Below, one piece after another: positions 11,351 to 23,689 of a DNA stretch of 64,000 nt (the first letter of the stretch is position 1; every line of letters begins with the position of its first letter). The position numbers were made by a program, and so were the translations under genes. The stretch comes from Amphiscolops sp. MND2022 (taxonomy: Eukaryota): the NCBI GenBank assembly GCA_964187785.1, contig OZ076409.1:31064001-31128000 (forward strand), in the 5' to 3' direction. The notes under the pieces were generated by a model that ran no database searches, was not told where the DNA came from, and saw only the letters and a list, made by a program, of their open reading frames with translations.

Positions 11351-13779
11351 TGAAGAGATCCGAGCATGAACAGTTGAATTGTTTCTTTTCGGAAAATCGA
11401 TTTTTGAACGGTAGAACGATTAACAAAACTTGTGTCTTCCTCAGAAGGGTAATGACTATATATACTCTCCCAAAGATGACATACGCATTTTTTTACATTT
11501 TTCAGAGTATCAGATGCAAGTAACTAACTTGAAACATGTGATATTAAGGATATTTCACGTTCTTAAAAATCATATGACGATCGTCTTTAAAGTGTGTCAA
11601 AGTTTACACCGTGACATCAAACAAGCTGTATTTCATCAACAAAGCATTCATCTCAAGAATATCAACAAATGACTTCAAATATTACAAATATGCAATGTTG
11701 GCACGTGCCACCACGCGAACACTGCTGATTTCAACTAAACCTCATTACGATACATATCCTCGCAAGCAAATTCCCAGATCTTGCGACTTGCATTAGTAAC
11801 CAATCACAGTGAGTTACTATTATAAGTACAGTTTCACACTTTTCTCATATTACACCAAGTGATAATTAGTTACACTGAATGACTAAAATTCGCTAATTGA
11901 CTGGTTTACGCTATCAGGTTTATATTATCAGGCTGAGAATATATGAATACATGTACAGGCTATAGCGTAGGGCTATGGCCTAATCCGGATAATTAATTTA
12001 ACATTGCAACAGTTATGGTATTCAGGGTTAATCTAATTTAGTACGGAATTTTTTGCACCTTACACAATTTGGACAGAATGGGCTATTTGCCTCAAATTAA
12101 ATAAGCACCACCAAACTAAAGGTAAATGGTCTTAATCGGCAAGTAATACTAGGTCTGGGGTATTTCGCTAACTACTACACGGAAACGTTTATTTAACGAG
12201 TAGAACATAAGCACATAAGTATTGAATAATTATAAGCATAATTAACCTCATAATCACATCTTTACATGAAACGACCGGAACCGGCCATTTGACTGAATTG
12301 TTAGTCAAAAGTAGAGGAGTTGCGTCAATTGGCCTTGTTCGGCCATTAATGAATGAAAGTACAAATAAAGCAACAAGTTGTGAAATCTGATTGGACGCGA
12401 CTGCGTGCTCAAGTGACTCAAGTGAAATTTCTCCCCTTAGCAGTCCTCAATTACAATACAACATACCTTGCATCTATTGGTTGTGAACCCTCACTAGTTT
12501 TCGATGGTAGAATACCACAGAACGTACTTGACTACAAACTCGGATATAACCTCAATCCTAGATACCACTCGCAAACAGATGTTGCAGGGAAAGTGCGAAG
12601 AAGAATGGAGGTACTTCTTTACCAAACGGAGAAGAATATAGTGCGAATATATCTCAAAGACGAAGTCTATTGTGATAGAAAAGCAAAAACCGCTGACTTA
12701 AAAACAAACGACTTTTGCTACATACTAAATCCGAAAGGAGATACACAAGCTACAAAACTCCCATTTCGGGAATTAAGATAACTCGGACCATACAAGATTG
12801 AAATGGTCCTACCCAATAACAATTACATAGTTAGAAAGTTAGGAACTAACATGACACAACTTTTACACTGAATCTGTTTGCAAAATTTCAGTCAACAAGG
12901 GCCTCTTGCCGAAATTATCGTCCGTGAAACACATTGGCAGAAAGATGCTCAAATGCCCATAGCGCATTTGGTACCTATTTGCTCAAACATGGAATACAAA
13001 TTTCAGTCCTAACCTTTTTGAATATACTCTTCCAGATTATTCTTTAAAAAATAGAAGATACAGAATGCGTACCCATCGAAATACTAGAAAATGACCACAT
13101 ACCTTCCGTGAAATTTCAAAGAATAGCGGGTAAGCTCATTGTAACAAACCACTGAACCCGAAAGAGAAAACGAGGATGAAATTACCCAAGAAACACACGA
13201 TATCAAATTAGTTACTCAAAAACCCCATGAAGACAAAAACACACAGCAGAAAAACAAACCCAAAAAAACTCCAGAAAACTATCAACTTACCCCGTTGCAA
13301 GAAAATTCCATAAATACTCGTGGTGAAAAATACACATACGACCTCATCCCAACCCAAATGTCTTCCATGTACTCACACTCATCCAGTTACTAAAAACAAA
13401 CTCCAAACTAAAGCCATCTTTTCCTCTTCTCTTCGTTCTGACCTTTTGCAGAACGTTTTTTTCGCTTGCCCAACTACGCATATTTACAATAGGTACACAC
13501 AACTGCAGAGAGCATAAAACAATGAGTAGATACTTTACCAGTAATACAAAATTCCCATCGGAAGTTTAATACAAGAAGTCTAATTCCTTTTCATTTTGCT
13601 GGACTTTGTGCTTTTGGATACATCAGCGTTGTTAGCTGTATTTGGTTGTGACGGCGACACACGAAGGGAACGGCAGCAATGAACATGATTTCCAATTTTA
13701 ACAGGGGTATATTTTTTCACCGGGGAACGTCTAGGCGATTTCCGGGTTGATCCGAGTTCAAATGAAGCAAAATTGTTAG

Positions 13780-14379
13780 CTACTGAAAAGGAAACAGAAG
13801 CATACTGTCGTAAGCTTGGTTTGTGGGTTCAACATTAGAACGACCACGGATGGGCTCACTTTGTGAATTATCTCTAGACTTACCACAGCGGTTGTCTTCG
13901 GTATCAATTTCCGGTCTCTCGGTCAGAACGTTCCATCTGTTTTGTGTCAAGTGGCCTGATCCGGGCCTTAAAGCATTCTGGATTTGGGTCAAAATTTGAT
14001 TACTAATTGCATCACTAATAGCCCTTTGGATCTGCATATTGACACTGGTCATCATCTCGTCCATTTTTCTAGTCAATCTCGAGTTAAATTCACTTGATAA
14101 TCTATTGTTCTCAGCGTTTAAATTTTCACTGGCTGAATTGTGTCCCGGAACTGCATTGTTACCGAATCCCATGTCTTTATGATTCGAATATATGTTCTCA
14201 TTGTTGTTTCCAAACGTGTTACTGTTGGCACTTCCAGGTCTTCTGACCGAATTGCTATTAACACTTTCCTCTCTCTCAGAATGTCTCTCACCTAACATTA
14301 TGTCTAGATTATCGATGTCTGAAAGTATTTCAAGCCATCTAGACTTTCTAGCTTTCTTCTGCTTTCTAGGGTTAGGCAT
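13780..14379 (-). CDS. Antisense ORF, copy 2 (199 aa)
   Basis: Near-identical to 10748..11350; part of the tandem duplication. Confidence 0.5.
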   Translation of the reverse strand: MPNPRKQKKARKSRWLEILSDIDNLDIMLGERHSEREESVNSNSVRRPGSANSNTFGNNNENIYSNHKDMGFGNNAVPGHNSASENLNAENNRLSSEFNSRLTRKMDEMMTSVNMQIQRAISDAISNQILTQIQNALRPGSGHLTQNRWNVLTERPEIDTEDNRCGKSRDNSQSEPIRGRSNVEPTNQAYDSMLLFPFQ

Positions 14380-17300
14380 TGAAGAGATCCGAGCATGAAC
14401 AGTTGAATTGTTTCTATTCGGAAAATTGATTTTTGAACGGTAGAACGATTTACAAAACTTGTGTCTTCCTCAGAAGGGTAATGACTATATATACTCTCTC
14501 AAAGATGACATACGAATTTTTTACATTTTTCAGAGTATCAGATGCAAATAACAAACTTGAAACATGTGATATTAAGGATATTTCACGTTCTTAAAAATCA
14601 TATGACGATCGTCTTCAAAGTGTGTCAAAGTTTACACCGTGACATCAAACAAGCTGTATTTCATCAAGAAAGCAGTCATCTCAAAAATATCAACAAATGA
14701 CTTCAAATATTACAAATATGCAATGTTGGCACGTGCCACCACGCGAACACTGCTGATTTCAACTAAACCTCATTACGATACATGCAAATTCCCAGATCTT
14801 GCGACTTGCATTAGTAACCAATCACAAAGAGTTACTATTATAAGTACAGTTTTACACTTTTCTCATATTACACCAAGTGATAATTAGTTACACTGAATGA
14901 CTAAAATTCGCTAATTGACTGGTTTACACTATCAGGTTTACATTATCAGGCTGAGAATATATGAATACATGTACAGGCTAGCGTAGGGCTATGGCCTAAT
15001 CCGGATAATTAATCTAACATTGCAACAGTTATGGTATTCAGGGTTAATCTAATTTAGTACGGATATATTTGCACCTTACACAATTTGGACAGAATGGGCT
15101 ATTTGCCTCAAATTAAATAAACACCACCAAACTAAAGATAAATGGTCTTAATCGGCAAGTAATACTAGGTCTGGGGTATTTCGCTAACTACTGCACGGAA
15201 ACGTTTATTTAACGAGTAGAACATAAGCACATAAGTATTGAATAATTATAAGCATAATTAACCTCATAATCACATCTTTACATGAAACGACCGGAACCGG
15301 CCATTTGACTGAATTGTTAGTCAAAAGTAGAGGAGTTGCGTCAATTGGCCTTGTTCGGCCATTAATGAATGAAAGTATAAATAAAGCAACAAGTGGTGAA
15401 ATCTGATTGGACGCGACTGCGTGCTCAAGTGACTTTTCCGGAATAGCACTCTACATCACTTGAACACGTTTCCTTTGCTGGCTTACAGTTGTGTACAACT
15501 TGCATCAATCTAATTTACATTCACTGTGTCTTTTGACAAATTCTAACAACTTGATTTGGATTTATCAAATCGTACATTTAACAGACTAATATTTAAACCA
15601 TTTCATAACACATGGGTATTACAAAGTTGTATTGAAATAAAATCAATTTAACTATGAGTTCGCCTAAATGTTTGTTAATTCTTAACTTCAATAGGCTGGT
15701 AGGGTTCCGGGTACGAAGTTCTGACCTTCAGCAGATGTCGTCACAGTTGTACCGTCACAGGCGGCAGCCTGCGACACATACCTGAATCGGTTACCTGGCA
15801 GTTACTGTTCGAAAATAGCCTGGAACCAAACATAGAGAACAGAAGTAGTAGAGCCGTTTCCGTTTAGAACAAAACCGGAAGCGAAAAGCCTCAAAACAAT
15901 TCGGAAGTTGATCGGAATATATTTGGGTTGATTTCTCTTACTAGCCTGAACAGCTATGCAATTTGAAAATTTGTGATCACAAAAAAAATTCAAATTCAAA
16001 ACTAATCCAAACCAAAACAAAACGGAACTCACCAGGAGAAGATTCAGTGTGAGATTTATGCCCATTAGAAGTGCACCTACATGAAATTTGATCCTTACGA
16101 CTTTTCTTTCCATTGAACCCCTATGTGACAACAGTAAACCAGAAATCATTACAAGGCACCCGACGCGAGTGGATAACAAATAATGAGAATAGCCAAATAC
16201 TCAAGAATTGAAGACAATTGGAATGTGTTGTTACAAATATAAACAATTTCCATTACAATTATTTTACATACAATGCGTTATTAGATGAAAAGACGGAACA
16301 TACTGAATTAACTAACAAAACTGAATGAAAGAGACTGTCTTATGAGAAGCAACGGAACTCTCAGAAATGGCAGGAAACTATGGTGAAAGATTCAAAGGCA
16401 TGGTTTACGAAGTACAGGCAAAAGCAAATGAATTGCGGAAGTACAATATGGCGAGAATTGAGCTCAGATCCGGTTAAATTGGTTAAATAACTGCCAGTCA
16501 CTACTGCCAGAGTTGCTGATTACATGATTGACACTAATGAGACTTAGCATACACCCTGCGTTCTTAAGTGATCGCCACCCGGCGTAGTTTAGCGGAAATG
16601 TGGTGGCTGATATGCCGCAAAAGATAACTTTTAAATAATATGCGGCATCATGGGCATTTACTACAAACGCCTTTACCACATGCGATTCTACGTCATCAAG
16701 CGGATCTGCCACAATTGTGTGTACAACGACAAGCGGACCTGTCAAAGACATAAATGTTATACAGTGTCATATACATTTTTTGATCGACAAAAGAAACGTG
16801 ATTCATCTGTGAAGTGTTTCCGATGTGTTGTTTGATTTTGAAACATATTATGATGTTTTGAAATATGAATTCGAAATGTTACATGAACAACCATCATGAA
16901 AACGTTGAATAAAAAGGTATTAATGCACTGTTTAAATGAGGACCTCCATTATATTATCATGTGTGGTCATTATCCTGGCAAGGAGACGAGAGCTTAGAAA
17001 TCTTTTCAATTGGTAATATATTCTACAGTGGTAACGCACTTTGCAAGTGGGGTACCTCTGTGAAAGAAAATTGTAGACAATGTTGCTGCATTGATAACCC
17101 TAAAACATTCGTGTTTTTCCGAATCGGACTTTGTTTTGTTGAAAACAAGAGAAGAGAGAAAGAAGAGAGAAGTTAATTTCCCCATTACCGCGGGGTGGAC
17201 GCCGAATAAGCAGTTCTGCTTTTCTAAGTCGGCGCCCTTTCGGATACTATCTCCCCATGGCAAGCTATGGTACCATATTTGCAGCCAAGTGGTCAAGTAA

Positions 17301-17456
17301 TGGTGGGCTTGAAGCTGTGGTTTCAAAGTGACTTGCTCAAGGTCACAAAGGTCTGACTGCTCACCGTTGTTCTTTTTGTTTTGCTTTTCTCCGCCAAATG
17401 CGTTATTTTTTTGTCATTGACCATACCACTGAGCTACGGATGAAGGACTTGCTTAA

Positions 17457-18468
17457 CACTCGGAGGCCGGGATATGCACTACTTATCTAAGGACGGGAGC
17501 GGTCACATGTGACCGCTTATCATTTTAGTCACTTTTCAAAGCCTTACTTGTTATTAAAAGTTCCTCTAACGAAATGAAAACTTAAATTAGTTTTCAATTT
17601 AACAATTTGCTGTAAAACAATCATCACAAACAACTTTGAGCATTTCTCGTTTGAGTGAGAGCAACATCCACTCTTGGGTTTTTTTGCGATTTTTGCACTA
17701 AGAAAATGTTTTATTCCTACAAAGACTTGTTGCACATCCTTTCCTCTTTTCCAATAATGGCAAACAGCATACTTCATAATATTCAGCATACCTCTGAATA
17801 TGTTTTCTGAACAAACACGACCAGGCGGCGTTGTAAATATTTCCTATGGGTGCCGTCACGTCCAGAAGCAAGTTTTAGGTCAAATTACCATTTTTTCTCA
17901 AAAACTGTCTTTCAAAATTTTAATATAAACAATCACCAGCATATGTGTTAGAACTTGATGGTGTGGTGTCTGTTGTCGCAACATGACCGACAGTGTCTTC
18001 TTCTTTGTCGGACGAATCTGAACTGGAGCTCTGAATAGTTTCGTTTTCGGCACCATCGAAATCATCATCTGAGTCAAGTCCGTCATCAGAATCAACGTCA
18101 GGAAAAACAGCAGCTATTACACCACTATAAGCTGTCTGTCGAGCTCTAGCAGTCATTTTAGTTTGTCAAAGCGTCGGGGAAGCAAACTGATCTGAAAATA
18201 ACAGAATTTTTCAACTCTATTTCTTGAAGCTTGAACAAGAATTAGCGTTTTGCAAGCGCGGTCACAAATGACCGGTCAGACCTTTGAGATGAATTTTGAA
18301 AATCAACTTCTTGAAAATAACCAAATAAAGTTATTTACATTCCTATCTGAAGCTCAACTGAAACAAATAAAAGTCACGGATGTTCAGATCTCACAAATGC
18401 TTGAAAGCAAAAATCTGATTGGTTCATTTTTAGAACCGGTCACATATGACCGGTCCGTCCTTCGAGTG
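17457..18468 (-). mobile_element. piggyBac-like internally deleted DNA transposon
   Basis: TTAA at 17453-56 and 18469-72. TIR is CACTCG.AGG..GGACG...CGGTCA.ATGTGACCG; the left copy has a ~23-bp insertion. Remnants are an acidic N-terminal ORF (17920..18156) and Cys-rich C-terminal fragments (~17600-17800). Confidence 0.8.
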
Positions 18469-18472
18469 TTAA

Positions 18473-18561
18473 GGACCAACAATGGTGAGTTGAGAGAAAT
18501 TCGAACCTGAAACCGCCCTAGTACAGGCCTAATGCTCTAACCACTACGCCATGCTCCCCCC
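18473..18561 (-). mobile_element. tRNA-derived SINE head, interrupted by the piggyBac-like element
   Basis: The minus strand reads GGGGGGAGCA-TGGCGTAGTGG (A box)...GGTTCGAATT (B box). The body appears to continue across the TTAA into 17452 and leftwards. Confidence 0.6.
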
Positions 18562-19971
18562 ACAAGACACTCTCACATGAAATAGTTGGATAGACAGTAC
18601 CTGCAGTCACAATTTCATTCATAACTTCAACTTATTTTCTTCAGATTGACTTTTGTTCATATTCTATTCAAATACGTTTGTAATACAATTGAGAAGGTAC
18701 AGGATAACATAACATGAAAGTGATGAGGAGTACATGTCTCTCGGTTTTGTTCAAGAGCAATCACAACGAAGCGTCGACAACTCGCACTTTCGATATCGAG
18801 TTTCCTTCCCTAAAGCCCGCATCTGGAATTTACGAGACCGGACAAACATGGCAATCTTTTTTACGCGGGAATGCACATGATCGAGTGGATATAGGGAAAT
18901 ATTCACTATACTTTCCAACTAATCAATACTGAAATAAAACTTCTGATAACCCCCATTCACTAGCTGCGAACTTTGTCTGGTACAAACATGGATTGTTTGT
19001 AAGTTAATATGGAAAAACATAGAAATCCTCTGGAATCTCCCTGGCAATTGTGGGGATCTCAAGCGAGTCGGGAGAAGAACTCGTGTCCACCCTGGAGACG
19101 TGACTTCAATAGAAGAAAGATTCAGGATCGGATGCCCAAAATCAACAATGGTGTCAGCATTTGTAGGGTCGGCCACTGCTACCTTGTTCTGTTCTCATTC
19201 AGAAAATGTTATAGCGATGATACGTTTGACATAGCAGGGAGAAGATTTGAGAGAGACCTGCTGGACCTAGTAGAAGAGTTTCAACATGATCCAGACTTGT
19301 CCCCTATCCCATTTGTCGACATTGAATTTGAAGATACACAAACGACATTTTGGGACCTCTGTGACCATGTTGATGTACGAACTAATAGATACGGGCGCCC
19401 GGCTGCAGCAATTTTACAAACTCCGGAACGATCTATGGGGGAGGGAAACACTCAGGTCAGGCCGACTTCCAGATACCCACCTAGTTACGTACCTGCGTCT
19501 AGTAACTTGGAGTCAGTTTGGTCAGATCTCGAGAGCGTTCAAGCTCCTGTACCATATGATGGGATTATTGACAATCAAACAGTTACCGCGGCAGTGAGTT
19601 CGAGGGGCGGTTCAGAACAACTCAGTAGCACCTTATTCCACGCCTATGATGATCCAAATACCATCCCATACTTCTCGCCCATATAAACAAATCGAACTAA
19701 ATTTGTGATATCCCAATGCTCTTGAGTGACTTCTGTGTCATTATACGTCTTTTTATGATGTGTACAGACGTCAATATACTTTTTATAGTGTATGTTATGT
19801 GTCATTTTACATTTTGAAGACTGCGAATAAACAGCATCATACACTTGAAGAAATATGAACATACATCATCATGCGGTTTGTTGGACTGTGTTCATACATC
19901 AATATAAGGATTAGCATTGTATTAGCTTGCGGTGTTCTACATAGCAATTGATCGTTAGTGTTCATCTTTAT

Positions 19972-20533
19972 CCTCGACAGTACACCGAGAAGTTGAAAAA
20001 GTGACAAAAAATAGCAAAAAATTTTTCAAAGCCTAATTTCTCCGCGAATAATAGCGACAGCTCAAATCGGTTTTCTGCTCCTGAAAGCCCTTTACCTAAG
20101 CTTTCAAATGGACACTAGTTAGGCTGGGAGTTGGCGCCACTTTTGGGGTGAGAGCGCCATCCCTTTCAAATGACACTCGAACTTTTCCCTGAAGCTTCAT
20201 TGAAAAAACTTCTATATGCGGTTTCAATGGTGGCAAACTGTGTTACTAGAGAGTGACAGTAACTTAGCAAACAGTTGCTGTGTTATTGAGAAAACGTTAA
20301 TTTTCTGAAAAGTAGCTTTTTGCAAATTTTCACTTTTTTCTAGATACCTTTTTGCCGGTGGTTAGGAAAACAAACTATATTGACACAAATAACAACTCGC
20401 CCCAGGTAGTCCAATAGAGTGTTGATTAGAAAAACAAAACTCCGTTTTCCTATGAGCTTTTTGCGTTTCGTAATGTTTTATTGATTGTGAAAAAAATTGC
20501 TGTCCTCATTTGGGGACAAAAGCACTGTCGAGG
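19972..20533. mobile_element. MITE with 12-bp TIRs and TTAT target duplication (piggyBac-like)
   Basis: CCTCGACAGTAC ... GCACTGTCGAGG; TTAT at 19968-71 and 20534-37. Confidence 0.7.
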
Positions 20534-21165
20534 TTATGGATGACTGGTATGCGTCACCATACGTTTTCCTGGAGGTCCAAGATTTTACATGATTTATAAT
20601 GTTAATTCGCTGTCATGTAGCTCTATTTTTATAATCTATGAATAGGATGACATCAGTTGACGTGATTCTATTTTTATCTACATGATGTCACAAAAATTGA
20701 GTGTCATGCTTGGAAAATTGCAGAAAGTTGCGCTAGAAATAGGATTTTCACTTTTTGAAAAACCGTCTAACTGAACAGCCACCTTCCTCGTTCAACCGCT
20801 TTTGTAAAGATTTTTTAAATACCCAACATGTACCTCTTTTCTCTCAGATTTGATAACACTTTTGTCTATCAGCAATTGAAACATTTCTCGAAACTGATTT
20901 TCGCTTGAGCAAAGATGGGAAAGAGAATTGAGGGAAGGAAGACATCCTGCCTTACCTTTGATCCAAAATGTACTGGACTTGGACGACACTGTAAACATAT
21001 TTGAAAACCCTGAGAAAGATGATTTTCACAACTCTTGTCAAAGCACACATTGGCATCATGAGATGGAGAATTGTCGGATTGAAATTGTGGTAAAGTAATA
21101 AGGCTTGAATATACTGTATCTCTAATATATTTTTTATTTTTTGATGTTTTGTTTGCTCGAAACAG

Positions 21166-21381
21166 GGAAAGCGGCGTCAATCAAAAATCTGTGTATTACT
21201 CCCAAAGAGTTTGAGTCGCGCTTGGGAGTGTTTGGACACTACTGCCCAGTTAGTCTGGCTATGCGAAACGAGCTATGCGATTGCTCCACCCAGCTCAACC
21301 TTGACTTGGCTGCTGAGTTCAGGGGCAAATATTATCGAATGGCGTCTGATGCAGATCTCAAAGAGTTCTTGTCCAGAGCAG
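21166..21381 (+). CDS. AK9: Host adenylate kinase 9-like gene, internal exon
   Basis: AG/GT-bounded exon encoding GKAASIKNLCITPKEFESRLGVFGHYCPVSLA...AAEFRGKYYRMAS, recognised as the AK9 C-terminal-half (YCPV) region. Confidence 0.8.
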
Positions 21382-22081
21382 GTAGGAACTAAATTCAAGA
21401 GCAAATTTTTATTCTAACGTCTTATCTCATTCGCACCGATCGATCAATCATTCGAGCCCCCTACATTTTTTGGAACAAATATTTTATATCACTTCTTATA
21501 TATGTTAAAGTAAACCAAATCGTTGCGCATTGAATGTGAAGCGATTGATATCTGTGCATTATGCAATTTTCACTTTCTAGGGGAAGCGAGCTGTTGCCAC
21601 TTGTATGGTCTTATCATTTTAACCATTCGTCGACTAACGTAACCATTCATAAAAATTAACATATCGTCGACTGATTGTGTACAATTGATCATACTGTGCA
21701 ACAGGGGTGTGATATTGACGGCGAAGGCGGTAGCGTTAGATACCATTCGGCATGAATTAGCAATAGCGATAGTTACCCACAAATTGAGGCGTTTGCGAAA
21801 ATGATAACTGGGGAACTTTTACAGAAGTAAAACGCTCATCAAAACTATTGATCATACTCCCCTCAACTACGGCATTCCATGAGGCATTATTGTCAAAATA
21901 TAAACTTCTCAATGCAGTCTCCAGGAGCATTCTTTTATACTAACACAGCTGAAGAGTGTTGGTCACAAATGCTGTCATTTCCATATACGCCAATGTCAAT
22001 TCCATATACGCCATTCTGCTGAAAAATATTGGTCCATGGGTGCGGTGCCATTAGGACATTGACAATTTTGATCCAGAAAGT

Positions 22082-23689
22082 TTTTGCTGCCTTACAGAAA
22101 GTAGCTTCGGCCCAAGGCGAACTAGACTTTGCAGAAGGTTTCAAAATTTGTTACTTCCAAAGTACATTACGGAAATTCAAATGAATATCTTGAAAATCAG
22201 TTTTTTTTAAAAGAAAAATTAGTGATAGCGTTAGCGGACTCATTTTGTTGTAGCGATAGCCATTAAATCGAGCCATTAGCCGATTAGCAGTCAGTAGTAG
22301 GAGAAATCCCGTTCCTGATATAAAAAAAATTTAAGTTCGTAAAATCATTAAAATTAGTCATTTTCACAAAATATCAATCAAATCATTAAAATTAAGCATC
22401 TTTTTCAAGGCAAATCATCAAAAATTAGCCAATTTTCACTACTAAAAAATAACATAAAAATCGATGAACAAAATTTGTCAAAAACTTTGTCACAAGGAAA
22501 AATTCACTAACCTCCATTACGCATTCGGTATGCGAAGCTGCTCTACGCAAAGCGCCTTCGGTATGCGAAGCCAGGTTTACTGTGAATGGTAAAGCTGTGA
22601 ATTTTGCTGTGAATGGTGTGTAGCAAAATTTTTTGGAACGAAAATAGCATTCAAGTGGAAACAAGTGTATGGTATTAATATAAAACTGGAATAACATCAA
22701 GTGGAACGTCACATGCCAACGGCGCTTCGCATGCCAAAGGCGCTTCGTATGTTGAATTTTTCGAGACAAATGAATTTTCCGAGACAAATGAAAAAACCCA
22801 TACAAAAATCTCAAACTTTAAAAAAACCGATACGAAAATCTCAAACTTTAAAAAACCGACACAAAAATCTCAAACTTTGAAAAACCCATACATATATCTC
22901 GGAAAAATGTTCAAATCCATATATGGAAAATTTTTATTCCTGATATTAATACATGGGAAAAAATAATTTAGACAAAATTCACAGAAACAAAAGTTGTAGC
23001 TAATCAAGTGTTACACATATTTCGTTACTGAGTGTTTTCTATAGAATCAACCCACTAATTACCAGGTGCCAAAACAGGTGGGAGAAAACGGGTTTTCCCC
23101 AATTTCTTGAGACTGACTCATTCCAGCGCAATGACACAGGAGATCAAAATTGTTGACAAAAACAAGATACACTGTTTTCAAAAAGAAAGGTTTCTGTATC
23201 TTGGACCCACTGATTACCACCTGCCCCAACAGGTGTGAAAAATTGGTTTTTCTCGAAATTGGTTGGAGTAAGACAGTTGTAAATTAGGTCCACTCTCATA
23301 TGTGATCTTTCTTATGGTATACTCAGCTTGTATGTGACCCGACAGGTGTTGAGATCAGGGTTGACCTTGAAACTTGCAAGATCAAAGGAACTCGCTCAAC
23401 CGTTAGTTTTAGCGTGATGACTCATGGGACCTAAAATGTAGGGCGTCAGAAAATAAGTCTCCCCACCAAATTTCATTTCAGTACTGAAAACCCACTGATT
23501 ACCACCTGCCCCAACAGGTGTGAAAAATGGGTTTTTCTCGAAAATGGTTGGAGTAAGACTAGTAACAGTTGTAAATTAGGTCCACTCTCATATATGATTT
23601 TTATTATGGTATACTCAGCTTGTATGTGACCCGAACAGGTGTTGATATCAGGGTTGACCTTGAAACTTGCAAGATCAAAGGAACTCGCT
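22082..23689. repeat. Tandem duplicate (offset 1621 bp) of host flank + TSD + Polinton left end
   Basis: 22082-23398 matches 23703-24988, including gcagtc|AGTAGTAGGAGAAATCCCG at 22293 and at 23914. Confidence 0.9.

Larger units (their letters stand above)
9398..15434. repeat. ~3.03-kb tandem duplication of a Gypsy 3' region
   Basis: 9398-12418 and 12424-15434 are near-identical: both start gaaatttctccccttagc and end gcgtgctcaagtgact. Confidence 0.95.

Noticed and set aside
18473..18561. Possible tRNA gene
   Set aside because: A and B boxes are present, but I cannot form a cloverleaf or acceptor stem, and it continues into a SINE-like body.
20848..20990. Possible additional AK9 exon (AG...GT bounded)
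   Set aside because: All three frames contain a stop and I see no recognisable AK9 similarity.
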